Below the pieces are notes generated by a model. It had not been told where the DNA came from, searched no databases, and worked only from the letters and a program-made list of their open reading frames with translations. DNA of 64,000 nucleotides from Shigella phage vB_SsoM_113: sequence record LR746311. The stretch is one strand, 5' to 3'. How positions within the stretch are numbered: the first letter of the stretch is position 1; the number at the start of each line of letters is the position of its first letter. Made by a program: the position numbers and the translations under genes. Below are positions 19,517-29,972 of the stretch, piece after piece.

Positions 19517-21574
19517 ATGGAACTTATTACAGAATTATTTGACGGCGCTTCGGCGCCGGTTGTTAACTTAAATCCTAAGCATAAAATACCTCAAATTTTT
19601 GCTATTCAAGCCGGTGAAGAAAGCGTGCTTCCTGGATTTAGATTTTGTACATACACCTCTGGTGGTGATACAAATAAAAACGTTAAGCCAGGCGATAAAA
19701 TGATGCATATCGTAATGATAGGTGTCAATGAGAAACTATCATTAGTTAAACTTAAAAACTTGGGTGGAAATCCAATTGGTGTCATTAATGCCGTTTTTGA
19801 TACTGCTCTTCAAACAATGAAACAGTATAAAATTGACGCATGCCTATTCCGCGTACTAAAGAGTAAAACAAATGGCGCAGCTCGTCAAATGCAAGTTATT
19901 GCTGACCGTTTAGTACGTACTAAAGGAGCAGGTCGATATGTTCTTTTAAAAGAAATCTGGGATTATGATAAAAAGTATGCATATATTATGGTTTACCGTA
20001 AAAATGCCAATTTAGAAGACATTCCAGGTGTACCTCCTATTTCAACTGAGTTATTCACAAAAGTTGAATCAAAGGTTGGTGATGTTTATGTAGATGTTAA
20101 AACAGGTAATGCTGTTCCTAAAGCCGTTGCTGTGGCTGCTTCTATTGCTTTAGAAAATGATAAGCGCACGGATCAAGCTGTTATTCAGAAAACTAAAATT
20201 AGCCGTCGATTAGCAGCACAAGCTCAATATTCTACTGTCGATGCTTCACTTCAGGGTGATAGCTTCGCTGCCAAGAAATATCAAGAGTTTGAATCTAAAG
20301 TTCCGGTATATAAAGCAGAAGGACCAATGAACTCTGGTGTTATTCAGATTGGTTCCAACTTCAGCAAAGGAGCTATCGGTGGTATGAGAAGTGCTTCTCG
20401 TTTTAAATCTAACGATTATGAACTAGAAAGCTTCCGAAATCATATTGCATTGGCCCATGCACGTTTACGTGATCCGTCTATCAGACTGCAGAGCGATATA
20501 ACATATCAAGGTTCTCAAGAATATTTAAAGAATAAAGAATTTTTTGATTATAAAACCGATAAAATTTTGAGCGATCTCGCTGACATTAATATTTCTAATA
20601 GCTTTGATGTTATTAAGAAAATTGTCAATGATTTAGTTAAAGGTTCTAAAGCCGCACCAGACGAAAAGGTAGCTATTATTCAATTTGTCATGAATAGCAT
20701 TTATAAATTGATTAATGAATCTGCTGCTCAGGCATATGAATACGCAAGCACCGAAGTAACTCCAAAAGGATTAACTCAGTCTGAGTCTGATGTAATTGAA
20801 GATTATTGTGCAGATTCATATGTTGAAATGAACTCGTTCCTCTTGGGTAAACCAGATTCTACCCGTGAAGAATACATGGAACGAGCTATTAAACACATCG
20901 AGACGCTGGATTCTGCATTCGCCAAAGGATCAGTTCTTCCTCCAGGAACTACGCTTTATCGTGGGCAAGAAGTTACTTTTAAAACTTTACGTCATAATAT
21001 TGAAAATAAAATGTTCTATTTTAAGAACTTCGTATCAACATCGCTTAAACCAAATATCTTCGGTGAGCATGGTAAAAACTATATGGCTCTAGATGATTCA
21101 GGTGCAGTATTTTCTGGTGAAGGAGAAGGTTCTGTTGATGCTGAAGATTTAATGCATATGGGTAGTCATTCTGCATATGCTAATGAAGATGCTGAAGCTA
21201 GCGTAGGTATGGTAATTAAAGGGGCTGAGCGAATCAAAGTTATCGTTCCAGGTCATTTATCAGGATTTCCATCAGAAGCTGAAGTTATTCTACCACGTGG
21301 AATTTTGTTAAAGATTAATAAAGTAAGCACGTACATGATGAAAGAAACTGCTTATAACAAGTATCTAATCGAAGGCACAATCGTTCCTCCTTCTGAACAA
21401 TTAGAAGAATCAGTATATGATGGCGATCATCTAATGGAAACTGGTGAAGTTCGTCCAATGGCTAGGTTTAATCAATTCCTTGTAGAAGAATCAAAAGAAG
21501 AGGAAAACGAAGTTTCTCAAATCTTGGCTTCTTTGGTTAACATCAATGGAATGTCTAAAAAGTTCAAGATGTAG
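19517..21574 (+). CDS. second Alt-family ADP-ribosyltransferase (tandem paralogue)
   Basis: 685 aa (MELITELFDG...); conserved N-terminal region and C-terminal YRGQ ... FVSTSL ... EAEVILPRG; middle region diverged. Confidence 0.85.
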   Translation: MELITELFDGASAPVVNLNPKHKIPQIFAIQAGEESVLPGFRFCTYTSGGDTNKNVKPGDKMMHIVMIGVNEKLSLVKLKNLGGNPIGVINAVFDTALQTMKQYKIDACLFRVLKSKTNGAARQMQVIADRLVRTKGAGRYVLLKEIWDYDKKYAYIMVYRKNANLEDIPGVPPISTELFTKVESKVGDVYVDVKTGNAVPKAVAVAASIALENDKRTDQAVIQKTKISRRLAAQAQYSTVDASLQGDSFAAKKYQEFESKVPVYKAEGPMNSGVIQIGSNFSKGAIGGMRSASRFKSNDYELESFRNHIALAHARLRDPSIRLQSDITYQGSQEYLKNKEFFDYKTDKILSDLADINISNSFDVIKKIVNDLVKGSKAAPDEKVAIIQFVMNSIYKLINESAAQAYEYASTEVTPKGLTQSESDVIEDYCADSYVEMNSFLLGKPDSTREEYMERAIKHIETLDSAFAKGSVLPPGTTLYRGQEVTFKTLRHNIENKMFYFKNFVSTSLKPNIFGEHGKNYMALDDSGAVFSGEGEGSVDAEDLMHMGSHSAYANEDAEASVGMVIKGAERIKVIVPGHLSGFPSEAEVILPRGILLKINKVSTYMMKETAYNKYLIEGTIVPPSEQLEESVYDGDHLMETGEVRPMARFNQFLVEESKEEENEVSQILASLVNINGMSKKFKM

Positions 21575-21603
21575 TTTACAAGTCCATCGTGTTGTGTTAT
21601 AAT
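21574..21603 (+). promoter_or_regulatory. T4 early-type promoter, copy 2 of repeated cassette
   Basis: GTTTAC 21574-21579, 18-nt spacer, TATAAT 21598-21603. Confidence 0.55.
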
Positions 21604-21626
21604 AATCTTACTGACATAACATGAGG
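21584..21626 (+). promoter_or_regulatory. RNA hairpin that would sequester SD of ORF at 21635
   Basis: 5' arm 21584-21597 (one bulged A) pairs 21614-21626; GAGGA 21623-21627. Confidence 0.45.
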
Positions 21627-21634
21627 AACACAAA

Positions 21635-21925
21635 ATGAAATCTTCTTTACGCTTTTTAGGTCAAGAACTTATAGTTGAAGGCGTTATTCCTGCTGATAAT
21701 GCTTTTAATGAAGCAGTTTATGATGAATTTATCAAAATTTTTGGAATAGATAAAAAGTTCGGAATTTTTCCTTCTGAAAATTTTTCAAAGCCAGAGCAGA
21801 CTGAAAGCATTTTCCAAGGTGTAGTAACAGGTAAATTCGAGTCAGAAGCTCCGGTAAAAATTGAAGTTTATATTGAAGACAGTTTAGTTGCTTCAGTTGC
21901 TGCTTTTATTTCATTCCGTAAATAA
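21635..21925 (+). CDS. hypothetical protein
   Basis: 96-aa ORF after GAGGA; preceded by second copy of promoter/hairpin cassette. Confidence 0.5.
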   Translation: MKSSLRFLGQELIVEGVIPADNAFNEAVYDEFIKIFGIDKKFGIFPSENFSKPEQTESIFQGVVTGKFESEAPVKIEVYIEDSLVASVAAFISFRK

Positions 21926-21930
21926 AAATA

Positions 21931-21950
21931 TGGGGACCAAAAGGTCCCCA
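21931..21950. terminator. bidirectional hairpin terminator between convergent ORF (21635..21925) and gene 54
   Basis: TGGGGACC-AAAA-GGTCCCCA flanked by T-rich sequence on both strands. Confidence 0.6.
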
Positions 21951-21953
21951 TTG

Positions 21954-22919
21954 TTATATTGCTCCTAATATTTTACTTTGCGAATTGACAATTCCCGTCA
22001 TAGTATTAATGTTTGAAATGCTTCCAGCAGTTCCCCCTAATCTACTAAGTCGTGAAAGCGAATTAGATAATCCAGTAACACCTCCACTATTTCCGAGAAC
22101 GCTTTGAATGCCATTTATAGCAGCAGATTCAAGCCACTCAAGCGCAGCTTGTCTATCAACTGACCCAGCTTGCATGACTCTATACGCAAAAGTAACATCA
22201 AATGTAGTTATTTGGTTATCTCCATCATATGATAACTCAGGAGCGCTCACTGACACTGGAATGCATCCGGTGAACATCACTGCAGTATGAGGTAATCCAT
22301 TACGAGCATGAAGATTAACCTGAATATCTGCCTCGACATCTTGTGGCAAAGCGCGCAGTCCAGTTACTGGGTCTTGAACAGCGTTAACCCAGTCTTGCAT
22401 TGCACGATAGTTACAAGCTTCTGAATCCATTCTAAATGAAATAACCAAAGGGTCTAATTCTCTCCCAGTTATACGAATATTAGGAGAGTTATAGTTCCAG
22501 TCAGTTTCATAGGATAATCTATTCTCTGGCATTTTTACAGAATATATCATCAATCCAGACGAGTTATATGCCATGTTAAAGAAGTCAATTAAATATGTAC
22601 CGACGGTAAATGAGCCCAATAAACTTTGAACTGTACGTTGACTCATGGCACCAATAAGATATTTACTAACCCCTGATTTTCTTATCAGTTTTTGTGTGCC
22701 AGCAGTAATTAGCGTGGTAATTCCCTGATTAATATCGCCTTGAGACAATCCTAACCAGTCTGAATTTAAACCCAAATTATTATAAGAAAAGTTGCTAATT
22801 GAACTTATCAACGAAGAGCTTTTAGTTGATGGAGTTGTCGCAAAAACACAGCTAAACATATTATTACGTTGAAAATCTGCGTTTATTGCTTGATTATTAA
22901 ATTCCTCTAAAGAATACAT
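21954..22919 (-). CDS. 54: baseplate tail-tube initiator
   Basis: 321 aa; position and size match T4 gp54. Confidence 0.88.
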   Translation of the reverse strand: MYSLEEFNNQAINADFQRNNMFSCVFATTPSTKSSSLISSISNFSYNNLGLNSDWLGLSQGDINQGITTLITAGTQKLIRKSGVSKYLIGAMSQRTVQSLLGSFTVGTYLIDFFNMAYNSSGLMIYSVKMPENRLSYETDWNYNSPNIRITGRELDPLVISFRMDSEACNYRAMQDWVNAVQDPVTGLRALPQDVEADIQVNLHARNGLPHTAVMFTGCIPVSVSAPELSYDGDNQITTFDVTFAYRVMQAGSVDRQAALEWLESAAINGIQSVLGNSGGVTGLSNSLSRLSRLGGTAGSISNINTMTGIVNSQSKILGAI

Positions 22920-24013
22920 TAAAAAGTCCCCGCATATAAAGAAGCACGATTTAACGTGATAATTTCTCTCATAGTAATCTCAAGAGTAAATGTACTAGGG
23001 AGGTTTGGAGCAATAGCTAATCCGTTAAAATTACCATTCGGAGTTTTATCAAATCTAATACTTTGAATTTGACACGGTCCAAACACTTCTGTTTTTCCGT
23101 CAAATTTAGAAGTTGCGCCAAAGTTTTTAACCATCCAAATTGTCGGGTTTGAAACTACAAGAACGTTAGTTAAACTCGATGTCATTTTCTCAAATAACGT
23201 CTTATTTTTAACTGCATCTTCTGGAGTTAATGGCTCAATAAAAGTAGAGCGATACCACTCATCTAAATATCCTTTTATTTCAGCAGCATATTGAGATTTA
23301 CCCGTTTCACCATAAGAAAAATAGTTAAAATATTGATAGATATTAATAATAGCCATTAAATCTTCTGTGGAACGCGGAGTCAAATCCCAAGTGAACACTT
23401 TAGTTCTATTCTCAGCACCACCATACATACTTCTGGCTGTCGTATAAATCTGTTCATTATTATCAGCCATTATACCTTGTGTTATACTTTCCAGTGCTCC
23501 AAATACTGCAGTTGAAGCCATATTGCTTAACACGCCAGTAGCAGTACCTCCACCTTTTGTAATAAGACTATCTTGAACATCGTTAAATCTATGTGATGAT
23601 GTATCAACATCGGATTTAGATCTCGGTAAAAGAATATTTGCAACAGGAACTTTACTTATTGTTCCTGAATTATTATCTGATATTAATCCATTTGACAGTT
23701 TTGATACTGTATTACTGATAGTGTTTCTGGCTGTACGTAAAATACTAGAAGATGAAGAAGAGTAGTTAGATCTCATCGTTCTGAGACTTCCAGAATCCCT
23801 AGATGACATATTGTATGCAGTAAATAATAATCCATTCTTATATAGATCTGTTACCTGGAAGTCCCCTGTAGTGTCATTCCCACTAGCACGCCCAGTTGGA
23901 AACTGGGCTGTGTATGTTTTAGTTCCTACTTCTGATTTAGTACTCTGTCCGGCTGAAATTTTCTCACCGGACTTTTTAATTAAATCAGCAGTTATTTCTT
24001 TAACAATTGCCAT
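22919..24013 (-). CDS. 48: baseplate tail-tube cap
   Basis: 364 aa; matches T4 gp48 size and order. Confidence 0.88.
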   Translation of the reverse strand: MAIVKEITADLIKKSGEKISAGQSTKSEVGTKTYTAQFPTGRASGNDTTGDFQVTDLYKNGLLFTAYNMSSRDSGSLRTMRSNYSSSSSSILRTARNTISNTVSKLSNGLISDNNSGTISKVPVANILLPRSKSDVDTSSHRFNDVQDSLITKGGGTATGVLSNMASTAVFGALESITQGIMADNNEQIYTTARSMYGGAENRTKVFTWDLTPRSTEDLMAIINIYQYFNYFSYGETGKSQYAAEIKGYLDEWYRSTFIEPLTPEDAVKNKTLFEKMTSSLTNVLVVSNPTIWMVKNFGATSKFDGKTEVFGPCQIQSIRFDKTPNGNFNGLAIAPNLPSTFTLEITMREIITLNRASLYAGTF

Positions 24014-24021
24014 ATTATTCC

Positions 24022-25794
24022 TTAATTAACTCCAGTCGCGCCAAATACACCAGGAGCAGTTGTGCTCGTTACGGGTGTCATATTATGAACGACAGTATTT
24101 TTCTTAATAACATTATTAGTATTATTGATCGAAGGAGATGCTTGTTGAACAGGAGCCTGTTGTGCTTTGTTCTTTTCTATTACCTGGACTTGTTTTGCTT
24201 CTGGCGATTTAGCAGAAGTTTCAGGTTTGGCATTAGGCTGATTTTTCTTGAGCTCTTGATAAGTAGCATCAATTTTAGAAAATCTAGCAGCAAGTTCTTT
24301 TTTAACTGCTGGTGAATTATTTAAATCCGGGTCATCCATCCGTTTTTTAAGGTCTTCATAGGCAGCTTCAACTGATTTAACCGTTGAGTCTTTACTCATA
24401 TCAGCCGAATCAGCGTATTTTTCAAAACGAATCATCGCAGCACGAGCTTCATTAGCCTTCATTAAAGCGTTTTTTCTTTCTTCTGGTGAAAGTTGCTTTA
24501 ATTTTTCTTCTTCTGCTGCGCGTTCTTCATCAGTTGTCAATGCTTCTTTATTATCAACACCACGAATCCAGTTAGATGCACGGGTTTTCCAATTAGCAAT
24601 TTTATCTAATCCTTTTGCTATTGGACCAAGATCGTCATTCATTCGTTTATCTTGATAATTTGCTACTTTTTCTTGGTCTTCTTTATTGAGAGATGCTCCA
24701 GTAGAATTTTGGAAATTTTCTAATGCTCTTCCTTCTACTTCATCAGCAGTATCTTTCATACCAGGAATAACTCGAAGAATTGCTGCTGATAATTTAGCCA
24801 TTCCAAGTTGAATAAGTTCTCCTAAATTATAAAGAACACTTCCAAGTCCTTCCACAATAGCTACTGTCAATCCACCCCAGTCTCCAGCTTCCCAGAACTT
24901 TTTAATTTTATCAATAGATTTAAAGATGCTCTGTAATAAAGGACCCCAAGTTCCGGTTTCGCTTGAAAAAGTTTTAAAATCAGTGCTAAACAAATCCCAG
25001 GCTTTTGAAAATTTATCTGACCAATATTTAAAATGAACCATCAGTAGGTCTATTCCAATAACAACAGCCATTATTAATGCAACCATTTTAGCAGCTTCAA
25101 TAGCAGCACTGACAGTATACTTAAATAGCATGCTTGATATTTTATCAGTAATTGAAATGGATTTTTTAAATCCAAAATCAACAGTCTTTGTTAATTTATC
25201 TAAAGCTTGAGATAATTTTAAATTAAATGCTTCTTTTTTCTGTTTTTCTTCCGGTGACTCTCGCTTAGGTTCAACTGGTTGAGGGGCAGGGAAAAAATCA
25301 GCGTCAGGATCATTATTAACTGCTTCAGGAGCTGGTAATAATGGACCAACAAATTCAGCTGTATCATCCTCAACAACTTTAACGGGAATAGCACTTTCGA
25401 CTACAGCTAAGCTGGTTCCTGTCTGTTGAATTCCAGCTGTTTGAATTTTTTGTTCTAGTAAACTCGTTAATTTATCTAATTTACTTCCGAGTGATTCACC
25501 GATTTCTTTATTAATATTGTTGCCAATTTCTACAGTTTCAGCAATTAACTCAGAACCAGCAGTAGTATCACTCACTGCGCTTTCGACATTGTCAATTGCT
25601 CCAATTATTTCATTCGATTTTTCTTCAACAGTTTGAGCTATTAATTCAGAAGCAGCTTGAGCATCATCCAATTTTGTAGAAATGTCATTAAGCCCAGATA
25701 AAGTGTTAGAAGCGGATTTAGCCGCTTCCTGAACTGGTTTATTATCTGAAATAACTTTTCTACGCATCGTTTGCATTTCTTGTGGCTTTTTCAT
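24022..25794 (-). CDS. 29: baseplate hub / tail-length tape-measure protein
   Basis: 590 aa; matches T4 gp29. Confidence 0.9.
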   Translation of the reverse strand: MKKPQEMQTMRRKVISDNKPVQEAAKSASNTLSGLNDISTKLDDAQAASELIAQTVEEKSNEIIGAIDNVESAVSDTTAGSELIAETVEIGNNINKEIGESLGSKLDKLTSLLEQKIQTAGIQQTGTSLAVVESAIPVKVVEDDTAEFVGPLLPAPEAVNNDPDADFFPAPQPVEPKRESPEEKQKKEAFNLKLSQALDKLTKTVDFGFKKSISITDKISSMLFKYTVSAAIEAAKMVALIMAVVIGIDLLMVHFKYWSDKFSKAWDLFSTDFKTFSSETGTWGPLLQSIFKSIDKIKKFWEAGDWGGLTVAIVEGLGSVLYNLGELIQLGMAKLSAAILRVIPGMKDTADEVEGRALENFQNSTGASLNKEDQEKVANYQDKRMNDDLGPIAKGLDKIANWKTRASNWIRGVDNKEALTTDEERAAEEEKLKQLSPEERKNALMKANEARAAMIRFEKYADSADMSKDSTVKSVEAAYEDLKKRMDDPDLNNSPAVKKELAARFSKIDATYQELKKNQPNAKPETSAKSPEAKQVQVIEKNKAQQAPVQQASPSINNTNNVIKKNTVVHNMTPVTSTTAPGVFGATGVN

Positions 25795-26324
25795 TCAAAT
25801 AATCCAATAATATTGCCAATTCCAGTTATTGGACCATTAGGGCCAGGAATTGCTAAAGTTGTAGAAATATCATTTGCCCATTTTAATACAAATGCTGGCA
25901 TCTCAAGAAAATTAATTTCTTTAACTTCATCATTGACCTTAAGCAAGCATTTAGATAACATATCGCTTACTGTCAAAAATTGCTCAAATTTTCCAGGAGG
26001 TCTAAAATAAAATGTATTTCCTTGGTATTGAAATTCTAATCTTTGGCATACATAAACGTCATTTATGTCATAAGTATAACCATCTATTTCTTTACGAGAT
26101 TTAATCTTTCCATTAAATTCCAATAAATGAATGGAAACGAAATCAACTTCTGCTGGTGATAAATTCGGACAAATAGAATCGATCAAAAGTTTTAAATTTT
26201 CATCAGGACCTTTAACATCTTTTAAAATGTTATAATGTTTAAGACCCATTTTAGGAATAGAAACTTCTTTATTGCTTATTGGAAGAACTACTTTCTTCAG
26301 TGGTAGTATCAGATTTAAATTCAT
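25791..26324 (-). CDS. 28: baseplate hub distal subunit
   Basis: 177 aa; overlaps gene 27 end. Confidence 0.82.
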   Translation of the reverse strand: MNLNLILPLKKVVLPISNKEVSIPKMGLKHYNILKDVKGPDENLKLLIDSICPNLSPAEVDFVSIHLLEFNGKIKSRKEIDGYTYDINDVYVCQRLEFQYQGNTFYFRPPGKFEQFLTVSDMLSKCLLKVNDEVKEINFLEMPAFVLKWANDISTTLAIPGPNGPITGIGNIIGLFE

Positions 26325-27444
26325 TTTTAACCTTAACTGGGTCTATTGTTTCCAGTTTCGTTGCATTAGTGAACATATATAGATGAGTTACTGAATTATT
26401 ATTGGATAATTCATGGATAACTTCATCAACGTAAAATTCTGTTTTAAATTGGTTTTTACTATCATTAAAAATAATTTTAACGCCAGGAGTCAAGTTAAAA
26501 TTACCGACAGTAGAACATTTAGCATAGCCATCGTATTGCGCCATAGTTTGAAGACGAATAGCTTCTTCATATCCATTCCTATAAGTCATTTCAGAATAAG
26601 CACCCGACCTTGACACTACAATAGAGTTTTCTCCCTTTCCTGTAGTAATCATTGGCAATGAAGAGTCTAAAAATGAATGCGCATAGATAGTAGCGTTTTT
26701 CATTGGGTCACGTTTGTGAGGATTCGATTTAGTCAACCAAATGAAATCATATGCTAATGGATATTTTAATTCTTGGATGAATTGACCTATTAAAGATGGC
26801 TCACCGACAATCATTGGATATGGTTCTTGATTTATCATCATATCATAGTCCATCATGTTAACTCCCATGATGTCTTGCCATACAAATACAAATTTGTCAC
26901 TTCCTACAGCTAGAGCAACTTCTCTGACATACGACAAATAGTTTTCAAATGTGCTAGTCCATGGAATATCAGGAACATAAGCATTTATAGCATTTATTGC
27001 TGGAGTTAATAACGTGCGATCCTGATAAATGACACCAAGCATTTCCTTTATAGATTCACCTGCATCAGGGAAAAACGGTCTGCCAAATTTAAGATTTTCT
27101 ATAGAATGAATAGTTCCCAATTCAATAGCAATGATGTTATCACCCTTTGAATCTACCGATACGGAAAAGTGCTTACATCCATAAATTCGTGTTTTAACAT
27201 TATTAATATCGTTTGCATTAGCTACAGAAATCTGAATTATTTCATTTCCATCCATTTTTGTATGGATATTTTTAGAATCATAAAACTGCAGCATTCCTTC
27301 ATTTCGACCATAAAGAGAATCCCGCATAGTTAATGTGGTAATAGTAGCAGCTAATTCAACAAATCTATTATTACTCCAAGCGTCATAACTCTCAAATAAT
27401 TTAACGCTGAGATTTGGATATCCGGGGCGTTGCAACATACTCAT
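26269..27444 (-). CDS. 27: baseplate hub subunit
   Basis: 391 aa; matches T4 gp27. Confidence 0.9.
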   Translation of the reverse strand: MSMLQRPGYPNLSVKLFESYDAWSNNRFVELAATITTLTMRDSLYGRNEGMLQFYDSKNIHTKMDGNEIIQISVANANDINNVKTRIYGCKHFSVSVDSKGDNIIAIELGTIHSIENLKFGRPFFPDAGESIKEMLGVIYQDRTLLTPAINAINAYVPDIPWTSTFENYLSYVREVALAVGSDKFVFVWQDIMGVNMMDYDMMINQEPYPMIVGEPSLIGQFIQELKYPLAYDFIWLTKSNPHKRDPMKNATIYAHSFLDSSLPMITTGKGENSIVVSRSGAYSEMTYRNGYEEAIRLQTMAQYDGYAKCSTVGNFNLTPGVKIIFNDSKNQFKTEFYVDEVIHELSNNNSVTHLYMFTNATKLETIDPVKVKNEFKSDTTTEESSSSNKQ

Positions 27445-28193
27445 TGTTGTTTATCCTTCTCAATCAGTTTTAATACGAATCCGCGCTCAGCAGGAATCAT
27501 TTTCATTATTGAATTTAAGCTATAATTACTTTTTACGAGCGTGTGATTGATTTGATAAAAAGTAAATATTTCATCTGGGTTAACTAATAGCTTAAACACA
27601 TCTACTATATCAGTGTATTTTTTTACATACTTATTACAACACGACATATGCAGTGTTAAATTAATAGGATTCATTGCATCGAGAATTTTTTCTAATGTTT
27701 CTATCTCGATGGCGTCAACAAGTTCTATTTGACTCGATTCGCTAATTTCCTTCCAATCATACCACATTTCATCTACTTGAACAGAATGAATATTTTCAGT
27801 AATCATCTTTGCTTTATTTTCATAAAACTCAGAAGGAAACTTTAATTTAATTTTAACATTAGCTACATCAAAAACAGGTTCCTTTAATTCTTTTTGATAT
27901 ATTTCAAATGGAACTGTCTTTTCTTTTTTGCATTTTGGACATACAAATGTGACCGGTACTTTAGTTTTACCTATTGACCCTACAAATACCTGCAAAAATA
28001 TAAATGGTTGCCAAGTCTTCGGATAGTCTCCAAAATAATCGGCAATTAAATCAGCAATTATTTCTTTTTGTTCTTGCGGTGACCGATGTTCTATATCGTT
28101 TCGAACTAACAAAAAATCTCGATAATCTTCTACCGTAAATGGTTTAAAACGATGAACACCATCTGGTAATTTACAACGAATAATGTTTGCCAT
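27441..28193 (-). CDS. 51: baseplate hub assembly catalyst
   Basis: 250 aa; late promoter immediately upstream. Confidence 0.85.
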   Translation of the reverse strand: MANIIRCKLPDGVHRFKPFTVEDYRDFLLVRNDIEHRSPQEQKEIIADLIADYFGDYPKTWQPFIFLQVFVGSIGKTKVPVTFVCPKCKKEKTVPFEIYQKELKEPVFDVANVKIKLKFPSEFYENKAKMITENIHSVQVDEMWYDWKEISESSQIELVDAIEIETLEKILDAMNPINLTLHMSCCNKYVKKYTDIVDVFKLLVNPDEIFTFYQINHTLVKSNYSLNSIMKMIPAERGFVLKLIEKDKQQ

Positions 28194-28210
28194 AGATGCT
28201 CCTTTTATTC

Positions 28211-28218
28211 TATTTATA
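28211..28218 (-). promoter_or_regulatory. late promoter TATAAATA for gene 51
   Basis: Reverse complement of TATTTATA at 28211-28218; about 18 nt upstream of gene 51 ATG. Confidence 0.7.
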
Positions 28219-28222
28219 AATA
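28215..28222 (+). promoter_or_regulatory. late promoter TATAAATA for genes 26-25
   Basis: TATAAATA on + strand overlapping the - strand box by 4 nt; gene 26 ATG at 28244. Confidence 0.7.
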
Positions 28223-28243
28223 TGATAAATAAAGGAGCTAAAT

Positions 28244-28870
28244 ATGTATGAATACAAATTTGACGTGAGAGTTGGTTCTAAAATAATCAACTGTCGCGCA
28301 TTTACTCTTAAAGAATATCTAGAACTTATTACTGCTAAAAAGAACGGTTCAGTAGAAGAGATCGTTAAAAAGCTAATCAAAGACTGTACAAATGCAAAAG
28401 ATTTAAACCGTCAAGAATCAGAACTACTATTGATTCATTTATGGGCGCATTCTCTTGGAGAAGTTAATCACGAAAACTCCTGGAAGTGCACCTGTGGAAC
28501 TGAAATACCAACCCATATAAATCTATTACATACACAAATAGATGCACCAGAAGACCTCTGGTATACACTGGGTGACATTAAAATTAAGTTCCATTACCCT
28601 AAAATTTTTGATGATAAAAACATAGCCAACATGATAGTATCATGTATAGAAACGATTCATGCTAACGGTGAAAGCATTCCAATTGAAGACTTAAATGAAA
28701 AAGAGTTGGAAGATTTATATTCTATCATCACAGAGTCAGATATTGTAGCTATAAAAGATATGCTTTTAAAGCCTACTATTTATTTGGCTGTTCCAATTAA
28801 GTGTCCAGAGTGTGGAAAAACTCACGCTCATGTAATAAGAGGACTCAAAGAATTCTTTGAGCTATTGTAA
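28244..28870 (+). CDS. 26: baseplate hub subunit
   Basis: 208 aa; AAGGAG 6 nt upstream; divergent from gene 51. Confidence 0.85.
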   Translation: MYEYKFDVRVGSKIINCRAFTLKEYLELITAKKNGSVEEIVKKLIKDCTNAKDLNRQESELLLIHLWAHSLGEVNHENSWKCTCGTEIPTHINLLHTQIDAPEDLWYTLGDIKIKFHYPKIFDDKNIANMIVSCIETIHANGESIPIEDLNEKELEDLYSIITESDIVAIKDMLLKPTIYLAVPIKCPECGKTHAHVIRGLKEFFELL

Positions 28871-29268
28871 TGGCAAATATTAATAAGCTTTATTCTGACA
28901 TTGACCCAGAAATGAAAATGGATTGGGATAAAGATGTTTCTAGATCCCTTGGATTAAGGTCAATTAAAAATAGCCTTTTAGGAATTATTACAACCAGGAA
29001 AGGGTCAAGACCATTTGACCCAGAATTTGGATGCGATTTATCTGACCAGCTTTTTGAGAATATGACTCCTCTTACTGCTGATACTGTTGAGCGTAACATT
29101 GAAAGCGCAGTAAGAAACTACGAGCCACGTATTGATAAATTAGCAGTTAATGTAATACCAGTTTATGATGATTATACTCTGATAGTAGAAATACGCTTTT
29201 CAGTCATCGATAACCCTGATGATATTGAGCAGATAAAACTGCAACTGTCTTCTAATAACAGAGTATAA
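28870..29268 (+). CDS. 25: baseplate wedge protein gp25
   Basis: 132 aa; TAATG overlap with gene 26. Confidence 0.9.
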   Translation: MANINKLYSDIDPEMKMDWDKDVSRSLGLRSIKNSLLGIITTRKGSRPFDPEFGCDLSDQLFENMTPLTADTVERNIESAVRNYEPRIDKLAVNVIPVYDDYTLIVEIRFSVIDNPDDIEQIKLQLSSNNRV

Positions 29269-29294
29269 TGCTTCACGTATAAACGTGGTATAAT
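29269..29294 (+). promoter_or_regulatory. MotA-dependent middle promoter of uvsY (candidate ori(uvsY) promoter)
   Basis: MotA box aaTGCTTcA 29267-29275, TATAAT 29289-29294 (20-nt offset); AT-rich region downstream. Confidence 0.6.
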
Positions 29295-29334
29295 GAATCT
29301 AAGTCCATCCAATAACAATTGAATAGAGAACAAC

Positions 29335-29748
29335 ATGAAATTAGAAGATCTTCAAGAAGAATTGAAGAAAGATGTGTTTATAGATTCGACTAAATTACAG
29401 TATGAAGCAGCTAATAATGTGATGTTATATAGTAAATGGCTCAATAAGCATTCAAGTATTAAAAAGGAAATGCTTAGAATTGAAGCACAGAAAAAAGTTG
29501 CTCTTAAAGCTAAATTAGACTACTACTCGGGACGAGGAGATGGTGATGAATTTAGTATGGACCGTTATGAGAAATCAGAAATGAAGACAGTTCTATCAGC
29601 TGATAAGGATGTTTTAAAAGTTGATACTTCATTGCAATATTGGGGAATTTTATTGGATTTCTGTAGCGGAGCTCTTGATGCTATTAAATCACGCGGATTT
29701 GCTATTAAGCATATTCAAGACATGCGAGCATTTGAGGCTGGAAAATAA
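29335..29748 (+). CDS. uvsY: recombination mediator UvsY
   Basis: 137 aa (MKLEDLQEELKK...); recognised as T4 UvsY. Confidence 0.95.
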   Translation: MKLEDLQEELKKDVFIDSTKLQYEAANNVMLYSKWLNKHSSIKKEMLRIEAQKKVALKAKLDYYSGRGDGDEFSMDRYEKSEMKTVLSADKDVLKVDTSLQYWGILLDFCSGALDAIKSRGFAIKHIQDMRAFEAGK

Positions 29749-29972
29749 TGAAATATAGCATTGATGATGCTTTTAATTATGAAGAAGAATTCGAAACGGA
29801 AATTCAATTCTTAATGAAAAAGTATAATCTCAAGCGTCAGGATATTCGTATCCTGGCCGACCACCCATGCGGTGAAGATGTACTTTATGTTAAAGGAAAA
29901 TTTGCCGGATATCTTGATGAATATTTTTATTCTAAAGATATGGGCATTGATATGCATATGAGAGTTATATAA
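29748..29972 (+). CDS. hypothetical protein (uvsY.-1-like)
   Basis: 74-aa ORF; TAATG overlap with uvsY. Confidence 0.5.
   Translation: MKYSIDDAFNYEEEFETEIQFLMKKYNLKRQDIRILADHPCGEDVLYVKGKFAGYLDEYFYSKDMGIDMHMRVI

Noticed and set aside
20865-21092. Same-strand out-of-frame ORF inside the second alt gene
   Set aside because: No RBS and a low-complexity product; considered a chance ORF.
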